Positions 1 to 9,778 of a DNA stretch of 64,000 bases are shown here, in pieces (position 1 is the first letter of the stretch; every line of letters begins with the position of its first letter). The translations under genes and the position numbers were made by a program. The DNA is from Candidatus Thorarchaeota archaeon (GTDB lineage: Archaea; Asgardarchaeota; Thorarchaeia; Thorarchaeales; Thorarchaeaceae). Below the pieces are notes generated by a model, which did not search any database, was not told where the DNA came from, and was given only the letters and a program-made list of their open reading frames with translations. Location: NCBI GenBank assembly GCA_963726195.1, contig CAVSBO010000004.1:320001-384000 (forward strand), in the 5' to 3' direction.

Positions 1-85
1 CCACCGCACAGAAAGTTTAATCAGACTACCCCGATTCCTAATCTTCGTTCCCAGCGGGAATGCTCCGCGCAAATGAGGGAAGTAA

Positions 86-604
86 ATGAGTGAACAGGAC
101 ACCTACGTGCGAGCCAAGCTTGCGGAGATTAGTACCTCGCTTGAACGTCTCACGAACACGCTGAATCGTACTATTGATGTGATATCGAGAATCGTTGAGA
201 TTCAAGACACCACGACCCAAATCATGAGCGCCGTCGCAGCAAATGGCAAGAAGCTCGATGATATCATGCAAACCACACGAAAGACCCCGATGGGTGGTGT
301 GTCGGCGGCGGGCCAAGCAGCTGCGGAACCGCGTTCTGCTGTCTCGCCACTTCAAGTTGTTTTCGATACGCTTGATTCTCAAATAAGAGATGGGGCGATA
401 GCCAGTGATCTGGCTGTGAAGATAAATGAGGCCGCGGACACTCTTGAGCAGAAGGGTGGCGGTAGTGCTGTTGTCGTCAAAATGCAGCGTTGGAACCGAA
501 TTCTGAAGACATACGGGCGCGTAGATCCTATTAGCGCCAACGACATCAGAAAACTACGTGATGACCTAAAGGACTGGCAGCGTGAGGTTGCAAAGGCGCA
601 ATGA
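86..604 (+). CDS. hypothetical protein, N-terminal coiled-coil
   Basis: 172-aa ORF with heptad-like N-terminus; no recognisable family. Confidence 0.7.
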   Translation: MSEQDTYVRAKLAEISTSLERLTNTLNRTIDVISRIVEIQDTTTQIMSAVAANGKKLDDIMQTTRKTPMGGVSAAGQAAAEPRSAVSPLQVVFDTLDSQIRDGAIASDLAVKINEAADTLEQKGGGSAVVVKMQRWNRILKTYGRVDPISANDIRKLRDDLKDWQREVAKAQ

Positions 605-705
605 AATCCTGACCGCTTGACTCACCTTCAGAGTCAGCGGGACAGAATGCTACTCATAGCGGTCAGCTTAAATCAAGACGAGGGCAGAAAGCTGATTGCA
701 GGTCC

Positions 706-2232
706 ATGGAGAGACTCAGCTTCATACAGCCAGATTCGCTACGAAACCAAATGAATAGAGCCGCCAGTGCTATCAGCAATTCCACAAAGGTCCTCGCCGT
801 TTCGCACATAGATGCAGACGGAATTACATCGCTGGCAATAGTGGTGACCATGCTTGAACGGCTCGGTAAGAAGGTGTCTTGGAAGAACATCCACCAGCTC
901 AGCTCGGAAACAATACTTGACGTGAAAGAGCTCGTTGGAGAGTTTCGACCTGACCTCGTTGTATTCAGCGACTTCGGGTCTGGTCAAATGGATCTGGTCC
1001 GTGGGAACATCCAAGGCGAGCCTGGCGTTGACGCCATTGTGGTCTTGGATCATCACATTCCTTCTGACGAGCGCGCGGACTCTTGGATTGAGGGGAATGC
1101 TCAGGGCATAGTGGAAGTGAACCCCTGCCAGCATGGCATGATTGGAAGCTCTGAGTTGTCAGGAGCAGGTCTTGCATTCTTGGTGGCATACTCGATATCA
1201 CCTGAGAATGTCGATCTGAGCGAGCTCGCGGTCGTTGGAGCAACAGGTGACCTACAAGACTACTACGGTCGTGGCTTCTCAGGCCTGAACAAGGAGATAA
1301 TAGCATTAGCACAAGATCACGGCTATGTCAAGGTTCACAAAGACCTGACATTCTTCGGGATAAGCACAAGGCCGCTGCCGTTCTTGTTGGAGTATACGAC
1401 GGATCCCTACCTTCCCGGAATAACTGGAAACAGGGATGGGTGCTTCGCATTCTTCGACGAGTTGGGTATTACCCTGAAGGACGGCCAAGGCGAATGGAGA
1501 ACATGGGCTGACCTCAAGCTGGATGAGAAGAAACGAGTAATTCAGAAGCTGATTGATTCGATTCTTCAAAGCTATGAAAACCCGAGGGCAGCCACTGGCA
1601 TCATCGGTGACGTGATGACACTTGTCAGGCGGCCCCCAAGGACCGAACTTAGAACTGCAAAAGAGTTCTCGACCCTGCTCAACGCGTGCGGGAGAAACAA
1701 GAAACCTGAGGTCGGTGTGAGAATATGCTTCGGTGACCTGGACGCGTGGCGAGAAGGGCAAGTTCTGCTTCAGCAACACAGGGCCAATCTGGCGAGTGCG
1801 CTACGGCGTCTCGAAACAGGAGGGGTTCAAGAGATGCCGGGGATGTATCTGGTCATGGACCCGGAAACGCCTGATACCATTGTGGGTGTCGTAATAGGCA
1901 TGGCTCAGGGATCCAGAATCATACCGACTGACAAACCGGTGATTGGGGTGAGCACGAAGGTATCGGACGAAGGACCTATGCTGAAGATATCTGGTCGTGC
2001 TGTCAGTAGCCTTGTGAAAAGGGGCATCAATCTAAGAGAGGCCTTCGTGTCTGCCAGCAAATCGCTGAACGACAGATATGGGAAGATGATTGCAGAGGGA
2101 GGAGGTCATCCAATGGCTGCAGGTGCGTTCGTGCACACTGACTATCTGGATGAATTCTTGGAAATAGTATCAGACCTAATCTCAAAAACACTGCAGTCAA
2201 CGATTGAAGGAAAAAGTGATGATAGGGGGTAA
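706..2232 (+). CDS. recJ: RecJ/GAN-like DHH-DHHA1 exonuclease
   Basis: Motifs SHIDADG, SDFG, LDHH, GATGD and C-terminal GGGHPMAAG. Confidence 0.88.
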   Translation: MERLSFIQPDSLRNQMNRAASAISNSTKVLAVSHIDADGITSLAIVVTMLERLGKKVSWKNIHQLSSETILDVKELVGEFRPDLVVFSDFGSGQMDLVRGNIQGEPGVDAIVVLDHHIPSDERADSWIEGNAQGIVEVNPCQHGMIGSSELSGAGLAFLVAYSISPENVDLSELAVVGATGDLQDYYGRGFSGLNKEIIALAQDHGYVKVHKDLTFFGISTRPLPFLLEYTTDPYLPGITGNRDGCFAFFDELGITLKDGQGEWRTWADLKLDEKKRVIQKLIDSILQSYENPRAATGIIGDVMTLVRRPPRTELRTAKEFSTLLNACGRNKKPEVGVRICFGDLDAWREGQVLLQQHRANLASALRRLETGGVQEMPGMYLVMDPETPDTIVGVVIGMAQGSRIIPTDKPVIGVSTKVSDEGPMLKISGRAVSSLVKRGINLREAFVSASKSLNDRYGKMIAEGGGHPMAAGAFVHTDYLDEFLEIVSDLISKTLQSTIEGKSDDRG

Positions 2233-2242
2233 GATACCCCCT
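2224..2242. terminator. hairpin between convergent genes
   Basis: AGGGGGTA-AGA-TACCCCCT, a perfect 8-bp stem at the recJ stop, followed by T residues. Confidence 0.45.
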
Positions 2243-2266
2243 TTCAAGTGTGTTAGATGATTTAGT

Positions 2267-2727
2267 CTAGTATTGGTCGGCTGTCAGGCTTGCGCCTATG
2301 ACCCCTGGAATGAAGATCAGAGCGAAAGATGCTCCAAGATCTATTGCGGCCGCCTTAATCACGCCCCACATCGCTGCATAGTCTGAAATGGTCAGACCCA
2401 TAGACAGCAGTGCGAAGCCCAAGAAGAAGAGGACCATCGTTATGATAGAAACGAAGAACATCCTTACTCCGCTCTTGGAGATCAAGCCTGCAACGAACCC
2501 GGCAACGGCAAGGGCTACGATAGGTCCGTAGACGCCGCCCAATGCGGCCGAGTACGGGAATATGAGCTGAGCAAAGAGCAAAGCTCCCACGCAAGCAGGC
2601 CGCTAGTGATGGCTCCAGAGCCCAAAAGTGCCTGAATCTGGGCGATTGAAAGACCCAGAATCTGGAATGCACCGATTACGACAGACACGAGGAGACATAT
2701 TAGTAGTGCGATTATCGTTCTGAACAT
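2267..2727 (-). CDS. multi-pass membrane protein (apparent frameshift near 2586)
   Basis: Hydrophobic ORFs 2515-2727 and 2267-2590 join as ...GLLAW-GALLF... if one G is added in TGGGAGCT. Confidence 0.75.
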
Positions 2728-2963
2728 TGGCTACGAACACTCCTTGAGATGCAACAGAGTTCTGCCACTCTTACCACCAATCCTGTTCCTTTTATACTTC
2801 TTGGCGATATCCCTTTTCATTCACTGTGGGCGGTATCGGGCCATCTTCACAGACCCTTTTCTGCTTCTGCGACCAGATTAGCGATTCTCTCTTTGAGCTG
2901 TTTCAGGAGCTGAAACACGCTTGGGTTCTTTCTGTATTTGACAGGTCTTCAGAGCTGAACCAA

Positions 2964-4124
2964 CTAACAGACTGCAAGCCCCTCAGGCATTGGAACAGCC
3001 TCGAAGCAGGCGGGGCAAGTCAGGTCCTCGTGAATGTTGAAGGGCTCGTTCTCCTCATACTTGACGCGAAAACTGTACTGGCATTTCGGGCAATGTGCCT
3101 TCACGTATCCCCTGAGCCTAATAGAGGCCATCCATGCATCTTCTGCGAGCTGAGACTCTCCGAGCGCTTGGTACTCAGCCGCGAGTTCCACCCATACAGC
3201 AGCGGCGCCACTGTCATCTCTTGCTCCCTGAGTCAGGCAATCAATCGACTCACGATTCCGACCTAGCAATTTGTACGCTTCATGAAAGTACCGCCATGAT
3301 TCAGGATCGTCTGCGATGCTAGACCTCAACCGCTTCAGGTATGTTTCGCAACCGTCTTCATTGCAGGAACGTTTCGCCAAGACAGCCAGCCTTCCAAGAG
3401 CCTCCGCGTTGTCAGGCTCGAGTACTAGCACGCTGGAAAACAGACTAACAGCTTCTTCGTCATGGCCTTGTCGGAATCGAGTCTCGCCGAGGATGATTAG
3501 AGTTCGGTAGTTGTCTGGGTCTATCTGTTGGGCCTTTTCGACGAGATACTCAGCTTCACTGACCTTCCCCTGAAGAAGCAGTGCGTATGCGTGGTTCGAC
3601 ACGGCGACGATAGACTTCGGTTGAAGCCGCTCTATCCTCTCCCAGATTTCAGATGCCCCTCCATAGTCGCCCAGTCTATGGAGGCACATTGCGTACAATC
3701 CCAAGAGTTTCCTGTCCTGCGGAAATCGAAACACCGCTCTCCGCAACACTTCGCACGCCGATGCATATTTCGTCTCGACGTACAGAACCTTGCAGAGATC
3801 GCCCCATGCCTCTGGCTCCTCGGCATCTAGTTGCACAGCAAGTCTCAGATACTTCTCGGCTTCGTTGAACTCGCCTATGGCCTTCAGAGAGCGACCCATA
3901 ACAAGGGCAAGAACAGCGTGGTCTCCGGCTAAACCCTCTGCTTTTCTCAAGACCTCGACAGCCTTCACAGGGTCTCCAGACTGGAGATGCGCCATGCCCA
4001 GACAAACGAGTACGTCAGCATCCTCTTCTCCCGATTCGAGAATTCGTTCGAGGATAGAGACCGCGTCTTTCGGTCGCCCTTCTTCCAGTGCCCTTGCCGC
4101 ATTCTTCAAGGTCGCAAGCGTCAA
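2964..4124 (-). CDS. TPR-repeat protein with C-terminal Zn ribbon
   Basis: Many TPR-like repeats; C-terminal CPKC...CPAC. Confidence 0.85.
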   Translation of the reverse strand: MTLATLKNAARALEEGRPKDAVSILERILESGEEDADVLVCLGMAHLQSGDPVKAVEVLRKAEGLAGDHAVLALVMGRSLKAIGEFNEAEKYLRLAVQLDAEEPEAWGDLCKVLYVETKYASACEVLRRAVFRFPQDRKLLGLYAMCLHRLGDYGGASEIWERIERLQPKSIVAVSNHAYALLLQGKVSEAEYLVEKAQQIDPDNYRTLIILGETRFRQGHDEEAVSLFSSVLVLEPDNAEALGRLAVLAKRSCNEDGCETYLKRLRSSIADDPESWRYFHEAYKLLGRNRESIDCLTQGARDDSGAAAVWVELAAEYQALGESQLAEDAWMASIRLRGYVKAHCPKCQYSFRVKYEENEPFNIHEDLTCPACFEAVPMPEGLAVC

Positions 4125-4359
4125 CGATTCATTTCCTCTTTATTGCTCGCGAAAGGCCTGAGAGCATTAGCGATTAGCCGTCATTGGCTGTGGGCTTACC
4201 TTCGACCCACGCCATAAGTACCTCACTATATGGCACTTTGAGAACTAGGAACGGTTGCTTGGGTTTGAGGCTCTTGCTCGCAGTTTGTGGCTCATGCAGG
4301 GCGTTCTGAACTTCGTGAGAGAAGCTTTGTTATATCGTAGACGCGGCTCGTAGAACTCA

Positions 4360-5210
4360 ATGTCAAAAAACAAGTATGCCACTCCTTTTCCAGTTCTGCA
4401 GGCCGCGAGTCTACTCAGCTCACAGGTCGCGGATTCAGAAGTTCGATATGTCCCTGAAGCAGCTGGTAACGCCTGATAGCTATGTGGTTGACCTTGGGAC
4501 AGGATCTGGTGTTCTTGCGCTGCTCGCTGCTAAGGCCGGAGCCCGAAAGGTCACTGCAGTCGAAATCAGTCAGGAATGCATTGACTATGCTCGAAGGGCC
4601 GTATCGATGAATGGTCTTGAAGACCAAGTTGAGTTCTTTGTCGGGCACTTCTCTGAATTCCGCCCAAGGGAACGAGCCGACATCGTCGTGTGCGAAATGC
4701 TATCGTCGATGATGCTGGTAGAGCAGCAAGTGCCGGCCTGTTTTCACGCTGCCAAGTACATACTCAAGAAAGGAGGCAAGATGATTCCAGAAAGCGCCAC
4801 TGTATGGTTGGTTCCTGTCGAGAGTCCTGATGCATGGAACAGATTCGACCCTCCTAATCTCCACTTTCCACGATTGCCGCAGACGGTTGGTCCTGAGGAA
4901 TACAGAGACCTTCCGGCGGCTGAGGCAGATTTCAACCTTCGACTTCTCCAGTCGTTCGACCTTGCTGACCGTGGACAGAAAGACGCACTTCGATATCATC
5001 GAGGAAGGAACTCTTCACGGTCTCGTGGGATTCTTCGAGTCCAAGCTTCTCGACGGCATTACGCTCTACATGAGCGATGGCTGGAGAGAACTCTTCCTGC
5101 CTCTGGAAGAACCTTCGAATGTCACAAGAGGCACTCGAGTAGGATTTCACATTAAATACTCACCCGGGCAGTTCGACTCGTTGTCATTGACAACCACCAA
5201 TGCACGATAG
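4360..5210 (+). CDS. PRMT-like SAM-dependent methyltransferase (two apparent frameshifts near 4415 and 4915)
   Basis: ATG at 4360 with TATA-like TTATAT about 25 nt upstream; VVDLGTGSG, KVTAVE, DIVVCEMLSSMMLVE, LKKGGKMIP, then the frame of 4830-5210 gives GTLHGLVGFFE...W...FLPLEEP. Confidence 0.75.
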
Positions 5211-5316
5211 GTGCAAACGACAGGGTCACTCCGACTGGGGTTCGTCAGAACGGAACAACACAACCGAAGGACAGGGAGGGCGTGTCCATACCGAAGAGGT
5301 GATTTGTGTCGGCAAA

Positions 5317-5799
5317 ATGCACCCGCCAGTGAATGCGTTGCAGAAGACACAACCATCCAGCACGTGGTCATGGATCCCTGTGACTTGGCTGATTCTATTT
5401 CCTATTCTTACGGTGTTCGGCTACGTTGCCTCCATTCTCGGCGGGCATGAGTTGTATTGGTTAGTGTTTCTCCTCGGAGTACCCATAGTGGTAGCTCCCT
5501 TGACGTATAGGAGACTCGCTGGTGGCGCGTGCAGCGTCAGATTCCGTGTGTGTGCTCTCGTAAAGGGAATCATGGCCGGTGTCGTCTTTGTCTTGCTATC
5601 ATTCATAGCGGATGTTGTGGTCTGGTCTCTTGCAGGCCCTGTTGCCGGATGGAGCCCGATGCCTCATAACCAGCTTGACTTCAGTCCGTACTACGCTTGG
5701 TTCTTGGCGGCACTAGTTGGCGGCTTTGCCGCTAGGGTAGCCGAAGTAAGAGGTCGTAGCAAGCCAGTCAGCCAACTGAAGGTCAGCGGTTTCGAGTGA
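5317..5799 (+). CDS. hypothetical 4-TM membrane protein
   Basis: Four hydrophobic segments; start uncertain (ORF open from 5200). Confidence 0.65.
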   Translation: MHPPVNALQKTQPSSTWSWIPVTWLILFPILTVFGYVASILGGHELYWLVFLLGVPIVVAPLTYRRLAGGACSVRFRVCALVKGIMAGVVFVLLSFIADVVVWSLAGPVAGWSPMPHNQLDFSPYYAWFLAALVGGFAARVAEVRGRSKPVSQLKVSGFE

Positions 5800-5972
5800 A
5801 CACGCAAGTACTTTCTCGATTCTCTGGTCTCTCTCTGGTCCTGCAATTCTGAATGTGCAGCAATACTGAAAGGGTCTCTGTCCACTCGTCTTTACATCGG
5901 GATTTGTTCGGTGTTCTGTCCGAGAACAAAGCTTTAAGTAAAGCGGCTCTGGCTGATGGCTGGGTTGCCGCG

Positions 5973-6644
5973 ATGGTGGAACTCAAGGGACCTCTTTGCT
6001 ATATTCTGGATTTCGACGACATATATCAGTACGCATACCAAACTGCGATAAGAGTCAGGGACTCAAACTGGAGGCCTCAGGCAGTCGTGGGTATTGCACG
6101 AGGAGGTTGGGTTCATGCTAGGATACAGTGCGATCTTCTTGGTGTGAAAGAGCTCTTTAGCATCAAGGTGGATCACTGGGGCGTGACGGCGACAAAGGAT
6201 GGGAAGGCCAAGATATCCTGTCCATTGAGCGGCGATGTAAAGGGCAAGAAGGTCTTAGTCGTCGACGACATCACTGATACTGGGGAGAGTCTGACTCTAG
6301 CTGTGAACCATGTGAAGGAGCAGGGCCGCGCATCTGAGGTGAAATCAGCTACTCTGATGCACATTGCTGGTTCCAAGTTCGTGCCAGACTATTTCGGCGT
6401 GGAAACAAGCTGGGCGTGGGAGATATGGCCATGGAATTTCTATGAAGACCTCACTGCGCTGATAACCAAGATTTTCCAAGGCGAGAAGATCAAAGAGATG
6501 ACCACTCTTGAGCTTAAGAAATACCTGAGAGAGTACAACAATATCGTCCTTTCTGATGAACAGGTATCGAAGGTCAAGGCGCACATGGGCTTCCTTGGTC
6601 TGATACAATATCCGCTGGACAAGACCTGGCGAATGCTCAAGTAG
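5973..6644 (+). CDS. type I phosphoribosyltransferase (purine salvage-like)
   Basis: VVGIARGG and PRPP-binding VLVVDDITDTGES; TTTAAGTA box at 5933-5940. Confidence 0.88.
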   Translation: MVELKGPLCYILDFDDIYQYAYQTAIRVRDSNWRPQAVVGIARGGWVHARIQCDLLGVKELFSIKVDHWGVTATKDGKAKISCPLSGDVKGKKVLVVDDITDTGESLTLAVNHVKEQGRASEVKSATLMHIAGSKFVPDYFGVETSWAWEIWPWNFYEDLTALITKIFQGEKIKEMTTLELKKYLREYNNIVLSDEQVSKVKAHMGFLGLIQYPLDKTWRMLK

Positions 6645-6855
6645 TGTTCTACCCTTCCCGCAGGAAAGTCCTGTCTGTTTGCTCCAACGCAATAAGGGGT
6701 ATGCACTACTTCACCTCAGTAACGACCACATGCTTATCCCGCGTCACAGCACTTCCAAAGAAATAGGACCATGATACACCGGTGGCGCCTCGCCAGATGC
6801 CAACCAGTCCCTGCGCTTCGCAGTTCCTCGACATCGTTGGCTCATCAAGCGAAAA

Positions 6856-6898
6856 TTAGGCCGACCTAAATATCTATAAATATCTTAGGACCACCTAA
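6856..6898 (+). promoter_or_regulatory. two DtxR/MntR-type operators flanking a TATA box
   Basis: TTAGG-CCGA-CCTAA (6856-6869), TATAAATA (6875-6882), TTAGG-ACCA-CCTAA (6885-6898). Confidence 0.8.
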
Positions 6899-6911
6899 AT
6901 CATGACCTGCC

Positions 6912-7682
6912 ATGAGCACTGAGAGTGTTGAGGAGTACCTCGAAGCAATTCATGCCTTCAACGAAAAAGGCGAGCCGGCAAAGACTACAGAATTGGCTGA
7001 GAGGCTCAGTGTGTCTGCTCCCAGCGTTACTGAGATGCTCAAGAGGTTGGCCGATGACAGTCTCGTCGAATATGAGCCATACAAGGGCGCAACCCTGACG
7101 GGCAAGGGAATGGCGTATGCTGAAAGGATTGTGAGGAAGCACCGGCTTCTAGAACGCTTTCTGCACGACTCATTGGGAATCAAAACCGAGAAGGTGCACG
7201 ACGAAGCTTGCCGACTCGAACATAGCCTTTCAGAGGATGTGGCAGACGCAATGTGTCGAGCCCTTGACCAACCCACGACCTGTCCTGATGACCACAACCC
7301 CATTCCGCCGTGTTCACTCGAAGTCAAGGATTGTGATGATTGCGTAGCCGCGAGAAAAAAGGCGAATGATCATCCACGGCTCGTGACTCAGCTTTCAAAC
7401 CTTAGAACCGGTGACGAGGCCATCGTCGCATTTGTAAGAGCAGGAAACGGGGTGTGCAACCGGCTCGTCGACATGGGACTGACTCAAGGCACGCAAGTGA
7501 GAGTAGTAAACATAGCCCCTTTCAAGGGACCTGTTGAGATTGCAGTAAGAGATACGACCCTTGCTCTCGGAAGGTCCCTGGCGTCTTCCGTGTTCGTCGA
7601 GATCAGAGAGGGCAAGGCGCCTATGCATGCTGCTCCCCCGGGCCCTCATACTGGCAGAAGGTGGAGAGCACGTGGGCAATGA
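6912..7682 (+). CDS. DtxR/MntR-family metal-dependent repressor with C-terminal FeoA domain
   Basis: EEYLEAI, HTH, RKHRLLERFL, EACRLEH; FeoA-like RLVDMGLTQGTQV..APFKGP. Confidence 0.92.
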   Translation: MSTESVEEYLEAIHAFNEKGEPAKTTELAERLSVSAPSVTEMLKRLADDSLVEYEPYKGATLTGKGMAYAERIVRKHRLLERFLHDSLGIKTEKVHDEACRLEHSLSEDVADAMCRALDQPTTCPDDHNPIPPCSLEVKDCDDCVAARKKANDHPRLVTQLSNLRTGDEAIVAFVRAGNGVCNRLVDMGLTQGTQVRVVNIAPFKGPVEIAVRDTTLALGRSLASSVFVEIREGKAPMHAAPPGPHTGRRWRARGQ

Positions 7683-9612
7683 ACAGCGGCATCTGAGAAT
7701 CGCCCTGATCGGCAATGCAAACGTAGGCAAGAGCGCCATATTCAACCAGCTGACAGGCCTCCATCAGCATGTGAGCAACTGGCCCGGCAAGACTGTTGAA
7801 AAGGCAGAGGGGACACTGGCTCTCGGCGGCAGCGTTGTCGATGTTGTGGATCTGCCCGGGACGTACGGTCTGACGGCGAATTCGCCTGATGAGTCGGTCA
7901 GCCGTGAGTACATCACGTCCGACCCCCCAGATGCGCTGATCAATGTCGTCGATGCTGTGGCCCTAGAGAGGAATCTGTTTCTAACGCTTGAACTGCTCGA
8001 GCTGCAACCGCGGATGGTCATTGCGCTCAACCAAGTAGATGCTGCCGAGGGAATTGGCCTTAGAGTGGACTCAGTTCACCTCTCCGAGATTCTCGGGGTC
8101 CCTGTGATTCCGACAATAGGCACTCGAAACGTCGGTCTTCACACTCTCATGGAAGAGGCCATTCGGGTTTCGAATGGTCGCCAGCAGCAGTCCAATCCGA
8201 TTAAGTACAGCACTGAGTTAGAGAAGAGAATCCAAGAGCTTACAGACCTACTCGGAATCGAAGGACTACCTTTTCCGAGCCGCTGGGCTGCGTTGAGGCT
8301 TCTTGAGGGCGATGCCGAGATTGAGCGGCTAGTATATGCAGAGAAGCCCGACGTTGAGACAACTGTAACAAGACTGAGGAGCGAAATCGAGAGCCTGACC
8401 GGTCAAGATTCACGGGGTGCCCTTGCTTCAGAGCTTTACACAGTCGCTCACAGAGTTTCCTCTGAGGTCACGTTCCATATTACCGCCAAACCTACAGTCG
8501 AACAGTATGTAGATCGTCTTTCTCTGCACCCTGTGGTCGGCTACCTCGTCATGGCGCTTGTGATTGTATCAATGTTCTACACCGTATTCCTGTTGGGACA
8601 ACACCTTTCGTCGTTGCTGGATCAGGCATTCCAGATACTCAAAGCTGGGTACTATGCGTCCTTTCCGGGTGCTGTCGCAGGGTTTGTCTGGGTTGGAGTC
8701 ATCGAAGGTGTAGTTGCAGGCACAACCGTAGCACTCCCATACATAGTACCGTTCATTGTTGCGTTGTCCATCCTTGAGGACACGGGTTACCTTGCTCGCA
8801 TAGCATTTCTGATGGACTCGGCGATGCACAAGATAGGCTTTCACGGCAAAGGCTTCATCCCACTGATGCTTGGTTTCGGCTGCAATGTACCTGCTTGTCT
8901 CGGCTGCCGCATAATGGAAACAGGACGTGAGCGACTGATATGCGCCTTTGCGACGAGCCTTGTGCCATGCACTGCAAGAAGCATTGTGATCATGGGGCTG
9001 GTTGCAGTCTACGTGGGAATCGGGTGGGCTGCTGTTCTCTACATCATTGACTTCCTTCTTATTTTCGGCCTGAGTCGGCTAGCATTCAAGGTGCTGCCGG
9101 GAGAGCCTACCGGGCTAATCATGGATATGCCGCGCTACCGAAGGCCGAGTCTTGACAACACGATGAAGAAGGCCTGGGCCAACCTGAAGGAGTTCGTCTA
9201 CACTGCGTTTCCGCTCATAATAGTCGGTAACTTCGTAATCCAGCTTAGTAACGTCGTCGGATTGCTTTCCGTTGTTCAATCCTACATGAGTCCGGTGACC
9301 GTCCTATGGCTGGGTCTACCTGCAGTCACGGGCATCGTCCTCATATTCGGCATCCTTCGCAAGGAGATGACCATGATTCTTCTCGCGTCGCTTATGGGTA
9401 CGACGAACTTCGCCCTCATCATGTCACCTGTGCAGATGTTCGTGTTTGCATTCGTCGTCATGATTTACGTTCCATGCATAGCGACAATAGCAGTGCTTGC
9501 CAAGGAGTTTGGCCTTAAGAGGGCCGCGATAATCAGCATCGTAGAGGTATTGCTAGCAATCGCGTTGGGCGGCATCTTGCACTATGGGCTTCTGTTTCTG
9601 GGTTTCTCGTAA
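7672..9612 (+). CDS. feoB: ferrous iron transporter FeoB
   Basis: GNANVGKS, NWPGKTVE, DLPGTY, GFGCNVPA, VPCIAT; GTG start at 7672 after GGTGGAG. Confidence 0.93.
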   Translation: MGNEQRHLRIALIGNANVGKSAIFNQLTGLHQHVSNWPGKTVEKAEGTLALGGSVVDVVDLPGTYGLTANSPDESVSREYITSDPPDALINVVDAVALERNLFLTLELLELQPRMVIALNQVDAAEGIGLRVDSVHLSEILGVPVIPTIGTRNVGLHTLMEEAIRVSNGRQQQSNPIKYSTELEKRIQELTDLLGIEGLPFPSRWAALRLLEGDAEIERLVYAEKPDVETTVTRLRSEIESLTGQDSRGALASELYTVAHRVSSEVTFHITAKPTVEQYVDRLSLHPVVGYLVMALVIVSMFYTVFLLGQHLSSLLDQAFQILKAGYYASFPGAVAGFVWVGVIEGVVAGTTVALPYIVPFIVALSILEDTGYLARIAFLMDSAMHKIGFHGKGFIPLMLGFGCNVPACLGCRIMETGRERLICAFATSLVPCTARSIVIMGLVAVYVGIGWAAVLYIIDFLLIFGLSRLAFKVLPGEPTGLIMDMPRYRRPSLDNTMKKAWANLKEFVYTAFPLIIVGNFVIQLSNVVGLLSVVQSYMSPVTVLWLGLPAVTGIVLIFGILRKEMTMILLASLMGTTNFALIMSPVQMFVFAFVVMIYVPCIATIAVLAKEFGLKRAAIISIVEVLLAIALGGILHYGLLFLGFS

Positions 9613-9778
9613 GGCCCACGGACGCTTTTAGCTCGGGTGCTGGATGAGGTCATCTGGACCTGAGACAAGAGACTACATCTGGCTGTTGAAGTAGAGGCAT
9701 GTGGTAATTCTCACTAGCTATAAATGGAGGGCTGTATCGAGAAACTTGGGGCAACCGTCTCCGGAGCTGACGTAAGAC

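Noticed and set aside
2849-2963. Short minus-strand frame (…PVKYRKNPSVFQLLKQLKERIANLVAEAEKGL*)
   Set aside because: No clean start, a TGA near its 5' end, and no recognisable motif.
6661-6850. AGGAAAGTCC resembling RNase P RNA conserved region I
   Set aside because: No matching 3' P4 strand or GC-rich helices; the region is short and the motif is explained by a small local hairpin.
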